A program made the position numbers and the translations under genes. The notes below the pieces were generated by a model that had not been told where the DNA came from, searched no databases, and saw only the letters and a program-made list of their open reading frames with translations. A stretch of 64,000 nucleotides of DNA, taken from contig CM082584.2 in the NCBI GenBank assembly GCA_040954595.2, positions 8,695,146-8,759,145 on the forward strand. Direction: 5' to 3'. Positions 1 through 11,529 of the stretch are shown here, in pieces; the first letter of the stretch is position 1; each line of letters opens with the position of its first letter. The stretch comes from Balanoglossus misakiensis (Eukaryota > Animalia > Hemichordata).

Positions 1-2555
1 TAGCTCAGGAAATCGTCCAAAAATGACGATTTTTCGACTTCCCGGAATTTCAAAATTTCATCGATTTTCGACAAAAACCATGGGTTATAGCTCAGGAAAT
101 CGTCCAAAAATGACGATTTTTCGACTTCCCGCAATTTCAAAATTTCATCGATTTTCGACAAAAACCATGGGTTATAGCTCAGGAAATCGTCCAAAAATGA
201 CGATTTTTCGACTTCCCGCAATTTCAAAATTTCATCGATTTTCGACAAAAACCATGGGTTATAGCTCAGGAAATCGTCCAAAAATGACGATTTTTCGACT
301 TCCCGGAATTTCAAAATTTCATCGATTTTCGACAAAAACCATGGGTTATAGCTCAGGAAATCGTCCAAAAATGACGATTTTTCGACTTCCCGGAATTTCA
401 AAATTTCATCGATTTTCGACAAAAACCATGGGTTATAGCTCAGGAAATCGTCCAAAAATGACGATTTTTCGACTTCCCGGAATTTCAAAATTTCATCGAT
501 TTTCGACAAAAACCATGGGTTATAGCTCAGGAAATCGTCCAAAAATGACGATTTTTCGACTTCCCGGAATTTCAAAATTTCATCGATTTTCGACAAAAAC
601 CATGGGTTATAGCTCAGGAAATCGTCCAAAAATGACGATTTTTCGACTTCCCGCAATTTCAAATTTTCATCGATTTTCGACAAAAACCATGGGTTATAGC
701 TCAGGAAATCGTCCAAAAATGACGATTTTTCGACTTCCCGCAATTTCAAAATTTCATCGATTTTCGACAAAAACCATGGGTTATAGCTCAGGAAATCGTC
801 CAAAAATGACGATTTTTCGACTTCCCGGAATTTCAAAATTTCATCGATTTTCGACAAAAACCATGGGTTATAGCTCAGGAAATCGTCCAAAAATGACGAT
901 TTTTCGACTTCCCGGAATTTCAAAATTTCATCGATTTTCGACAAAAACCATGGGTTATAGCTCATGAAAATCGTCCGAAAATGACAATTTTTCGACTTCC
1001 CGGAATTTCAAAATTTCTTCGATTTTCGACAAAAACCATGGGTTATAGCTCAGGAAATCGTCCAAAAATGACAATTTTTCGACTTCCCGGAATTTCAAAA
1101 TTTCATCGATTTTCGACAAAAACCATGGGTTATAGCTCAGGAAATCGTCCAAAAATGACGATTTTTCGACTTCCCGGAATTTCAAAATTTCATCGATTTT
1201 CGACAAAAACCATGGGTTATAGCTCAGGAAATCGTCCAAAAATGACGATTTTTCGACTTCCCGGAATTTCAAAATTTCATCGATTTTCGACAAAAACCAT
1301 GGGTTATAGCTCAGGAAATCGTCCAAAAATGACGATTTTTCGACTTCCCGGAATTTCAAAATTTCATCGATTTTCGACAAAAACCATGGGTTATAGCTCA
1401 GGAAATCGTCCAAAAATGACGATTTTTCGACTTCCCGGAATTTCAAAATTTCATCGATTTTCGACAAAAACCATGGGTTATAGCTCAGGAAATCGTCCGA
1501 AAATGACGATTTTTCGACTTCCCGGAATTTCAAAATTTCATCGATTTTCGACAAAAACCATGGGTTATAGCTCAGGAAATCGTCCGAAAATGACGATTTT
1601 TCGACTTCCCGGAATTTCAAAATTTCATCGATTTTCGACAAAAACCATGGGTTATAGCTCAGGAAATCGTCCGAAAATGACAATTTTTCGACTTCCCGCA
1701 ATTTCAAAATTTCTTCGATTTTTGATAAAAACCATGGGTTATATAGCTCATGAAAATCATCCGAAAATGACAATTTTTCGACTTCCCGGAATTTCAAAAT
1801 TTCTTCGATTTTTGAAAAAAACCATGGGTTATATAGCTCATGAAAATCATCCGAAAATGACAATTTTTCGACTTCCCGGAATTTCAAAATTTCTTCGATT
1901 TTTGAGAAAAACCATGGGTTATAGCTCATGAAAATCATCCGAAAATGACAATTTTTCGACTTCCCGGAATTTCAAAATTTCTTCGATTTTTGAGAAAAAC
2001 CATGGGTTATAGCTCATGAAAATCATCCGAAAATGACAATTTTTCGACTTCCCGGAATTTCAAAATTTCTTCGATTTTTGATAAAAACCATGGGTTATAG
2101 CTCATGAAAATCATCCGAAAATGACAATTTTTCGACTTCCCGGAATTTCAAAATTTCTTCGATTTTTGATAAAAACCATGGGTTATAGCTCATGAAAATC
2201 ATCCGAAAATGACAATTTTTCGACTTCCCGGAATTTCAAAATTTCTTCGATTTTTGATAAAAACCATGGGTTATAGCTCATGAAAATCATCCGAAAATGA
2301 CAATTTTCCGACTTCCCGGAATTTCAAAATTTCTTCGATTTTTGATAAAAACCATGGGTTATAGCTCATGAAAATCATCCGAAAATGACAATTTTTCGAC
2401 TTCCCGGAATTTCAAAATTTCTTCGATTTTTGATAAACACCATGGGTTATAGCTCATGAAAATCATCCGAAAATGACAATTTTTCGACCTTGCGAATTTT
2501 GAATTTTTCGTCATTTTATAAAAAAAATCATGGGTTATAGCTAATGAAAATCATA
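1..2555. repeat. Satellite DNA array, ~29 copies of an 87-bp unit (88- and 90-bp variants near the right edge), truncated by the window start
   Basis: Unit TAGCTCAGGAAATCGTCCAAAAATGACGATTTTTCGACTTCCCGGAATTTCAAAATTTCATCGATTTTCGACAAAAACCATGGGTTA recurs at 1, 88, 175 and so on. It switches to the TAGCTCATGAAAATCATCCG variant from ~1745, and the last copy (~2450-2555) is degenerate. Confidence 0.98.
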
Positions 2556-3398
2556 ACACTTGCATTATTGTCTATCAAAGGAATGGATTGGGTCGGAGTG
2601 GAATGTTCTGCGGCTCCTTCACCACCTGTGAGAGAGTGAAATCCGAACAGTGTTTTGATGTCTTCCAAACCGTGAAAACCCTTAAAATGCAGAGATATGG
2701 CATGGTTGAAAAACAGGTGGGTTAAATATGAAACTTGGAATAGGAAATGGGGTTTTATTTCCTTGTATTCTCCTGATGGTTTCTCCTGGATTTACCGTAA
2801 ATACACACGCCGTGAAATGACAGAGGATTTTGCCTCCTGCAAATTTAAAAACGAAAGAACCCCTTTTCTTGTGTTTGACAAATATTGGTGCAAAGTAAAC
2901 AAACTGCACGTCACGTTAAATTTCAAGACTGGCACGTACATAAGTTTAATGTTTATGTAATTTGTCATGTAGACTTTCACCTTTGACCTATTCAAGTTTA
3001 TCGTTTGTCACAGGAACAATACAACTTTATCTACGACGTTGTTGTGCTCTACCTAGAATCCTTTTCGACTTACTCAAATTTTGCCATAAAGTAGAAGATT
3101 ACTGGTACGCATGCTCCATCAAGATAAATCATGCCGCTGCTATTCCAACAAGCGAGAGGTCTCCAACCTATGTCTTCTGATGATGACCCGGGAATATTTG
3201 TGACAGGAAGCTGACAAGAAACACTTAAAACATACTATTCTCACAATTTCATAAGCTTTTGAAACCTAACCAAATAACTGAAAGTTCTTTCAAGATGCAT
3301 GATTTCACGGTGTGCACGTCTCTTATATTAAAACGAAGCGTGGAACGTTTCGTCGGATTCATGAGAATGCAAATTTTAAAACTTATAATGAACTGAAT

Positions 3399-3508
3399 GC
3401 ACAATGGTAATGAAGATGTTGTTAAAATAAGCGTTTTATATTTTGTATAACACCGCACAATGATAATGAAGATGTTGTTAAAATAAGCGTTTTATATTTT
3501 GTATAACA
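3399..3508. repeat. Two-copy 56-bp tandem duplication
   Basis: GCACAATG(G/A)TAATGAAGATGTTGTTAAAATAAGCGTTTTATATTTTGTATAACA starts at 3399 and 3455. Confidence 0.92.
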
Positions 3509-4597
3509 GGAATGTGTTATATTTTTCTTTCATCGGTCTGCAATTTACTGAAAGTATATTCAAGTCATCGATTTGACTGTTGCGGAATTGACTGTTTTTA
3601 GTAATATTTATCCCAGATCATGATCTACTTGTTCGGTCTGATTCATCTCTGAGAACATTTTACAGTTATTTGCCCATGTACATGTATAACCATATTTTCA
3701 AAGTTTGGCTCAGATTTATCTATTGTACACAATTTTGAAACTCGGCCAATCATAAATATATGCTGGGGTGGGGACGAAGCAAATGCAAGCATAAAAAGTA
3801 CATGTATATACAAAATCATTTTTCAAGAATGCTAATACACGCCATACAGTCCCTGACCTTGCCATTACAATCGACAATAATCACTGGAGAGTTCTAAGAT
3901 ATATCTATCTATCTATCCATTTAAAATACCAGCAACTGAAAGCTTTTTAATAATTTTTTAAAACATATTTAATCAGAAGAGCATTGAGAGCCACTTTAAG
4001 ACATCAGTGGGAATAAATGTAATTGTGAACACAATATTTCCCGACAGAGAAAAAAAACAGAGTTTATTTAATAAGTAGGGATATTATGTAGACATATTGT
4101 ACATTCACTACTCAGAACACCATTTTTGCAATGGTTCTATAATGTGGTGTGTCATTCGAGGAGAATAATTGTTCGTTGTTTTCCTTTTGTGACCGTAGTA
4201 GGTCTAAAATAAAGAATCGGCTTGCCTTATAGAAAACTGTGTTCAGCGTTTGTCGGCAGAATTTTTGTCTAGTCAGTATCACACTGACAATCACATGATT
4301 TTTTTGTTGAAATAAACACATCAAAATATTCTCCATTGTGTGCAATTAAGTGAAAGGATTCCGTGACCATAAACAACATATTAAATCACTTACCTGGGGA
4401 CCTAAAAAGAGAAATATAGCAAAGGAAGAAAAAGTAAGTGTGACGTCAGTGTGTCGTCAGCGCGCATTTACCAGCCATAGTCATCAATGAATCGTCTTCA
4501 GGTGCTTTTGAGACGTGCAGCCGAAGAAGTAAATAAAATTACCCTTCAGCCATTTTCTACTTTGAATTTATGTTTTATTGTCAGTTTTACTATATTG

Positions 4598-4642
4598 AAA
4601 ACAAAACAAAACAAAACAAAACAAAACAAAACAAAACAAAAC
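4598..4642. repeat. (AAAAC)n microsatellite
   Basis: Read directly from the sequence. Confidence 0.95.
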
Positions 4643-5789
4643 GTTGACGTGCAGATAAACGTACTACTTAAGTTTCCAAGTTTTACCGCCTGACAGTCAG
4701 TCCTGATATTCTTTTACTGTTTCATCTAAAGTACGCTCGACAGATGATCTGCGATTGTCCAGAGCACGGAGCAGTTTTAGTCTTAATACATTTAAAGAAG
4801 TAAAAACCTGGTAGACGGGATGAAAGAGACACAAGAGTTTACACTTGTGTTTTCAGGTGATGTACAGTAATCCCTGACGCTGACAATAGGATTAGACAAT
4901 GACAATACGTGAACAAAGTCCACCATAGAAACGAAGAATATAGGCCTACTTACATGTACTATATACAATGAAATATCTCATTTTGAAAACCAGTTCAAAA
5001 TTGTGATATTTTGACTGGAAATCGTGGTTGTCGTGATAATGGGGGTCCCTCAATATTTCATTGCACAGAATAAGTTGCAAAATGTGCGTGTTTCGAATCT
5101 TAAACATTATTTACATGACCTTCTATACAACATCATCGACAACGTCAGCCGTCGTTTGCAGAGTTAGGACTTTGATTATAACCCGTTGAATTCAGTAGCA
5201 GTGCGGTGTCGTCTATTTTGCATAGCATCACGAGGTTAATGACATTCCAGCTTTTCGAAGTTCAGTCAATCCTGACATTGCACACAGCTGCAGGTGTCCG
5301 TCACGCCCCGGGGGTGCCACACAGGGCATTCATCTGAACCCTACCCAGTATGGTTAGTTGGCATTTCCATTGTTGACCTTTCTTTGTGATTCGGGAGTGT
5401 TTTGAGAGGGTGAAATGTCGTGTCGTGACAACGTCTGAAAAACATGCAAAGTGATTGCATGGCTCCAAGCAGCGTTATCCCGGAAAGTTATATCCACGTC
5501 CACATAAACAAAAATTCTCTGTGAACTTCAAAATCCGTACACTGTACTGACGATGTCTTCTTTACTCCTTGTGTTCAGTCATGGAGGTTCGGTTACCTTG
5601 GTGATACCCTAGCAACTGCTTGTGGACACGTAGGAGAGTAACACCGGCAACTTGAGAACATCGTGAACGACAACCATCTGCTTACATTAAATGACTTGCG
5701 TTGTACTTCTCCTGCAAAATGTCAATTTAGGTGACCATTTATGCAACTGGTGGTGGAATGGGTATGATAGCAAATATTTATAGCATACG

Positions 5790-6006
5790 CATTCATTCAT
5801 TCATTCATTCATTCATTCATTCATTCATTCATTCATTCATTCATTCATTCATCCATCCATCCATCCATCCTTTCATTCATTCATTCATTCATTCATTCAT
5901 TCATTCATTCATTCATTCATTCATTCATTCATTCATTCATTCATTCATTCATTCATTCATTCATTCATTCATTCATCCATCCATCCATCCATCCATTCAT
6001 TCATTC
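5790..6006. repeat. (CATT)n/(CATC)n microsatellite
   Basis: Read directly; it generates the spurious IHSF-repeat ORF. Confidence 0.97.
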
Positions 6007-6827
6007 TCGATAACTATGATTCATTTTATGTTGTTTTTTTCGCATCGAAAATAAAACTGCTTAAAAGTCAAGGCTTCTGAATCCTTATGAGAGAGTGAAA
6101 AATAGCTTCCAGTCACTATTTCAGCTCTACAAATCTTCGCATCCTATGTGTACAGCAGCCTTAAGCTAATCAACTAATGCCCACTCCAGAATCCACAAGG
6201 TCAAGCCTGCTTATTTTCTGAATGTTGACGCCCCCGGGGAAAGGAGTAAAACGCTCACAGTGCTGCATGCTTCAAACAATGAATTAAAATCATGCGTATG
6301 TGCAAATAGCATTTACACAGATTATTTTTTGTCCCGTCAAGGACCCACTTTGCTATGCCAATTTTGCTCTTACTTCTTCATGGCATGCAGAATACTATCA
6401 ATGGAGGCGTTCAACTTGTTCCGGTGGGGGGGGGGTTACCCTTTTACCGTTGTTAATAGCGTTTACTAAGTGAATTAAGTAATTATTGTGAAAGGTCATT
6501 TAAAAGATAGTTTGACATAGACAAAATACATGTAGTTGTTTTCAACGCACGTCGATATTGTATTAAATAGAAAATGGGTCGCCGAGTAAATACTGTATCA
6601 TATCATAAATATATCGGCGTTAGCTTTCATGTAGATAACCTTCGAATGACGTCGTTGAGTTCTCAGGTTGCTGAAAATTCTAGTAAACAGGCTTTGTATT
6701 AGTTCATGGGATCATCCGTCTTTCCGAGAAATGGTGTCATAGAGCTCAGGTAAAAAAATAGGTTGCAGGGTAGAATAGCTGGCTCTACAATTGTCTGGTG
6801 ATGGTTGCGTTTGCGTCGCCCTTCAAG

Positions 6828-7042
6828 TCAACCCTTTTAACTGCAAATTTTTCTCCGTCAAAATGTGACGCAACAATTTTATCATTTTCACTAATTTTCC
6901 CCAATTCCCTCCTTTAACTCTAGACCAAATGGGCACAAGTTTCCGTTGGTGTCCGAAGGTCTTTATGAGAAAATAGGGGAAAATTTGTTAAAGTTATAAA
7001 TTTAATTTAACCACAAATTGGCTACGGCGTTGAAAGGGTTGA
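6828..7042. mobile_element. ~215-bp MITE with piggyBac-like ends
   Basis: Imperfect inverted termini TCAACCCTTTTAAC ... GTTGAAAGGGTTGA. Confidence 0.55.
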
Positions 7043-8194
7043 TTACTGCTAAATTGCAATTAACAAACTTCTGCAAGTAACACTCGTAGCCAATAGTTCC
7101 TCATGATATTCAATAACTGATATCGCTCTTTTAAAAAAAAAAAAAAAAGGAATACATAGCCAAGGTCACGACCAGCAGCGTAAACGTGCAAAACCAACAA
7201 TGCTATGAGCTTAATGCATAAGAATTAAGCTCAGTGGGTTAGATCTTGGATCAATGGCGTCCTTGAAGATCGACCAAGCATGTATAATATCTGGCACGCA
7301 ACTGCGAAATTCATGTTTCTACAACGTACAAAGTTGAAAGTGATCAAATTCTATAGACATATCCTTTTACATATGCTGTTGACCTATTAAAGGAAATAAA
7401 CAGCATCATTTAAGTGTACCAGGATTACTCTTAACAGTACATGTTACATTGAAATATATAAATGCTTTGAAATTCGATATTTTCATTAAAAACATATTAT
7501 CAAGAAGGGAGAGTAAATACATTTCATTGTTTTACACTAATTGTTACCAGTAACCACGAAAGGTTTGACTTTTAATACTCCGTCCATTCCCTCCCTCTCT
7601 GGCTCAGTTTAAAACTTCTATGTCTTATGGCCAATTTCAAAACAGCTTTGAGATTCTTTGTGTTGGAATAACCAAAAAAAAGTCTTCCTCCGACTAAAAG
7701 AATCCTCTGTACTCAGGGCCGCATGAAGGGAATTTACAGCACCGAGAGAATAAGGTAGACATCTTGATCTGACCCATAAAGTATTAATGCCGTCGAAAGT
7801 ACATTTAACCGGAAAAATTCTGTGATCTTTAAGAAACATTTGCATTAGCAGACTTCTCCTTCTCGGAGATAATCCAAAATTCAGCAGACTGACTTTTTTC
7901 AAGATTGTTTCCGTTGCTTTCGTGACCGGCAGCCATCAAGTTATAATTCCGCTCCTTGATGCAGAGCGACCTATATTACAAGACTGTACACTCACCGGAA
8001 GGGCTAACTATATGCAAAAGTTAATTCTCTCACAAAATCCTAGACTGAAGAATATTAGTTTTCCCGTTCCCCGCTTTACCTGTAAGACTGCGCCAAGTAA
8101 CCGGTGGACATGACGTAAGCTGCCTCAGAAGCTCCCCACGGATTCCATGCGGAAAAGCCGGCTCGTTTGAACAGCGAATCAAAATCGAGGCCTT

Positions 8195-8289
8195 CTAACC
8201 CTTCCCCCACCCTTTCCTCTATTTAGAGGTCCAACTTTACTATAGAAAACAATGGATTTTGGACCAAACCATGTTGGTGGAAGGATTAA
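8195..8289. mobile_element. ~95-bp TTAA-type MITE, family copy 1
   Basis: CTAACCCTTCCCCC...GGTGGAAGGATTAA; internal GAGGTCCAA..GAAAACAATGG..TGGACCAAACCATG resembles the copies at 37978 and 42620. Confidence 0.65.
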
Positions 8290-8499
8290 TGTAGAGGGGA
8301 TTTATAGTACAGCGTGCGGCATTCTCAAGAAAGGACCAATGAGAAGCAAAGGGGACAAAAGATGAAGAAAAAAGTTGGACGTTTATTTCGATGTTCAGAC
8401 ATTTCACAAGCATCATTCTGGCAACTTCGATTCCCTGTGCCGCAACAGCTGAGCACAACCACTACCCGACAACTATTTGACATTGCGGGCAGCCTAGTC

Positions 8500-9558
8500 A
8501 TGAACGGGACTGAGTTTGGAGACGAGGCAGCAATGGTGGCCAAGCTACCGAAGGCGTGGGCCACACTTCTGGCGGGACTAGTTGAATTACTCTTCACCGT
8601 TGCCGCGTTGCTCGGCAACTTGGTGTTCATCGGCGCGGTGGTTTTCAAGAAACAGCTGCGAACGATGGCGAACGTGTTTCTGGTCAACCTCAGCCTGACG
8701 GACATTCTAGCCGCACTGCTCGTCTCGTCCTTCTCCGTCGATTCCTATCTCCGCCGCGGTTGGCACCTGGGCGACGCGTTCTGCGTCGTGCACAACACAA
8801 TCCATCCCATAGTTCTGAGCACGTCCTTGTACTTGACTGCCTTTATTGCGGTGAATCGCTACTTCTTCGTCGTCCACCACGAGTTGTACCGCCGAATCAC
8901 CAACAGAGTCACCGTGGCACTGGCGCTGCTGGTCGCTTGGGGTTACCCAACCGCCAGCTTCGGTTACCATATCCCACTGTACTCCAAGTACGCCCCGCCG
9001 GCTGTCCGTTGTCGTTCACCGACCACACAACTGGAGTTTGCCCTCACCATCTACACGCCCAGCTGCATCGCCGTCATCTTCTATGCCCTCATTTTCATCT
9101 ACGTGCGTAGAAGTCGCAAGCGAGTTCAGTCCCATCCCAGCGACAGCATCAGTTCCCACAAAGGGCCGAGTCCGCAAGAAGTACGGATGCTGAAGGTTCT
9201 GCTGGCCGTGTTCTTGCTGGTCATCATGGGCTACCTGCCGTACATCATCGTCATGAACATATACACGGCGCTGGGAGCAACCCCACCGGCCGAGGCCTTC
9301 ATCGCGCTTTACCCGTGCATACACCTTGCCGGTGCGCTCAACCCGATCCTGTACGGAGGCAGCAGCAAAAAGTTCCGCGATGCCTACAGAGATTTCCTGA
9401 CCGGCAAGTTGTTCCGTCGGGTCCACGCAGCCTCTGAAGGTGGTGCAACGCACACCGATGAAAGCAACCGAGAGATGTCTACCACGCGAACGGCACTGGC
9501 GTACAGTCGACGGGACAGGTCGGCTTCTGTGACCGCTATCTCTTCAGCGGTCGCTTAA
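8500..9558 (+). CDS. Class A GPCR with intronless CDS, melatonin-receptor/Tre1-moody/GPR84-like, ~352 aa
   Basis: Seven hydrophobic segments. TM1 GN, TM2 NLSLTD, TM3 AVNRY (NRY in place of DRY), EL2 Cys, TM6 GYLPY, TM7 NPILY, helix 8 FRDAY. Start placed at ATG 8500 (MNGT, an N-glycosylation sequon) rather than the track's non-ATG start at 8314. Confidence 0.92.
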   Translation: MNGTEFGDEAAMVAKLPKAWATLLAGLVELLFTVAALLGNLVFIGAVVFKKQLRTMANVFLVNLSLTDILAALLVSSFSVDSYLRRGWHLGDAFCVVHNTIHPIVLSTSLYLTAFIAVNRYFFVVHHELYRRITNRVTVALALLVAWGYPTASFGYHIPLYSKYAPPAVRCRSPTTQLEFALTIYTPSCIAVIFYALIFIYVRRSRKRVQSHPSDSISSHKGPSPQEVRMLKVLLAVFLLVIMGYLPYIIVMNIYTALGATPPAEAFIALYPCIHLAGALNPILYGGSSKKFRDAYRDFLTGKLFRRVHAASEGGATHTDESNREMSTTRTALAYSRRDRSASVTAISSAVA

Positions 9559-10184
9559 AGATGTACAATCAGTAAAATTGAAATATTGTCATTTACTATT
9601 AATTATTATTGTTTCTTGAAGTTTTAGAATGTTTTGTAATCGTAGGCGTAAGGTACAAGGAAACTGTAAATATGTATTGTTCAGCAAAAGTTGTTGGTTT
9701 AGTTCTAATTTTCCTCACTTACTTTAAGATATCGGTGTAAAACCTTTAAATGTAAACGATGTCGACACTTATTGATGTAATCACAAATGGATTAACCAAC
9801 TGTTGTGTTTATGATACATTCGAAGCTAATCTAAGGAGAGAGAGAGAGAGCACACAAAGTATCACTAGCGATTACTGTGACCCCCCCCCCACCCCTCCCC
9901 CACCAAGCACGCAACCCACTACATTTGAAATGTCAAAGCCATGGTGTAAAAACAATGACATTATAAAGGAGGAAAAGTACTTGATTTTATGATAACTGGT
10001 GACAGATCCCCGCCCCTGAAAAATATCCGGCATCCTAAACCATGAAATCCAATTTGATGTGATCTTCTGTCAAACAACAAATTAACAATGATTTTATTTG
10101 CTTTTGTCGACTTCATCCCCTTTTCTTCGGAAAAATACTCGTCCATCACACAGGAAAATAAAATGTATATGAACGTGGTCTTAC

Positions 10185-10866
10185 CTGGTTTAATTCCCGC
10201 CATGGCCAATATGGTTGTGTGCCAGTCTGTTATGTGGTTTAAGCTGCTTGCAAGAGAAAACATGGAAAGACCAGGAATAAGTTTCGCAAGAGTGCCCGCT
10301 TTCGGCGTTCATGATTTTTCGTCTGTACTTTGTCTTTACTTTTTGAGAATGGATTTCGTACGCATGAGGCTGTCGTTGTTCCAATACCGCAAAACGTTCG
10401 GTGTTCGTTAGACTAGCCCACTAGTCGCTTGGCGATTTTTAAATCTCAATACTTTTTGTGTTTTCGGTGGTCTTTTGTCTTAATAAATAATTGCAATACT
10501 TTTTGCGTCTATGCTTGCCTTGAGCGTGTTTTTGGTAATGAGGTGAGTTTCGAATTTGGGAACTGAGCTTGTGGTTTCGGGTAGCGTCGACCAAGCGACT
10601 ATGGGCCTACGTGTTCCCTACACATAATGAAGCCCATAGACTTGGAGCAAGTCTAGGTGTTCGTTTGACAATAAATATTGCTGATGGAATTATTATACAT
10701 CCCCCAAAATGAAGCACACGTCACTGTTATGCATGTACGTTACATGTATTCAAGGGAAATTGATACATGTATATGGGAACCTACTTACCCATGGTGTACG
10801 TAAAGCGGTTTGTTTCAACAGAGGTCCGTGTATCATTGCGGGTACCCGGCTTCCGCCGTCGAACAA
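10185..10866 (-). pseudogene. Relic of a second sulfatase paralog (partial exon 10 and exon 11 equivalents)
   Basis: 10185-10243 is a 59-nt AG/GT-bounded exon [19 protein letters not shown], the same size as exon 12656-12714. 10789-10866 encodes LFDGGSRVPAMIHGP, truncated at its 5' side and with an apparent +1 frameshift before the donor. No other exons were found. Confidence 0.8.
10414..10609. mobile_element. ~200-bp MITE-like insertion in the sulfatase relic intron
   Basis: TAGCCCACTAGTCGCTTGGCGA ... TCGACCAAGCGACTATGGGCCTA, imperfect ~22-bp inverted repeats. Confidence 0.55.
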
Positions 10867-11529
10867 AAATTCAATTATCTTAATGAAGGGGGGCAGCTGA
10901 TAGGAGTGCATGAAATTATAACACTTGTTTTCGCGGGCAACTTCTTACCATGTATTATGTAACAATCATACAAAGAACTTCTTGTTACTTGTTCAAGACA
11001 GGTGTCACAAAAATCCTCTGCGGACGAAACAATTTTTTAGAAAGGGCCGAGGCGATGGTAGGGTGAACATGCGTACTTGAATAATATAGCATGCATAGCA
11101 TTGTGACCTAATCCCTTACAATAACTCAAATCGAAACCAAAACCTTCTCTCGTCCTTATTTTTGTCACTCTTTTTATTTCACAATTTGCATGGTCGGCCC
11201 CCCTTTGTTCAAGTGCGCATGGTCACCTGCCAAATCCCCTGACCTTCCCTCCAAAGTAAAGGAGTCTATCCCCAGACTAGTAGGCGTAGGTATTAGCATA
11301 TCGAAGCTATCAGTGGGCGGGGCTCGAATGCAAATATAGCGTATCATGCATGGAGCAGAAGGAGTTCCGCAACTTTTTTCCATCGAGTAACCCCACCAAT
11401 AAAGTGACACAAATCATCGGAAATGTTCGGAATTTTGGTTATTCGCATACCGGACTCAACATCATATATGGCATAATGAATTTAAATGCTCTCCAAAATT
11501 TAGCGTGAAGGGAAGTAGGGTTCACGCTC

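Noticed and set aside
23-1938. Long repeat-protein ORFs on both strands (MTIFRLPG... and SYNPWFLSK...)
   Set aside because: They follow from an 87-bp (3n) satellite unit; the 88-bp variants break the frame, so there is no sign of coding constraint.
1-2555. CRISPR array or telomeric repeat (GGGTTA occurs in each unit)
   Set aside because: There are no unique spacers and the context is eukaryotic. One hexamer per 87 bp is not a telomere tract.
4394-4401. 8-nt AG/GT-bounded microexon-like site on the minus strand (ttttag|GTCCCCAG|gtaagt)
   Set aside because: No host gene could be identified, it is not frame-preserving, and it may be chance.
5731-6054. IHSF-repeat ORF and similar ORFs at 18251-18621 and 46153-46677
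   Set aside because: These are translations of microsatellites.
8314-8499. 62-aa N-terminal extension of the GPCR
   Set aside because: It begins at a non-ATG codon and looks like 5' UTR; MNGT at 8500 is a typical GPCR start. An upstream in-frame ATG (8362) cannot be fully excluded.
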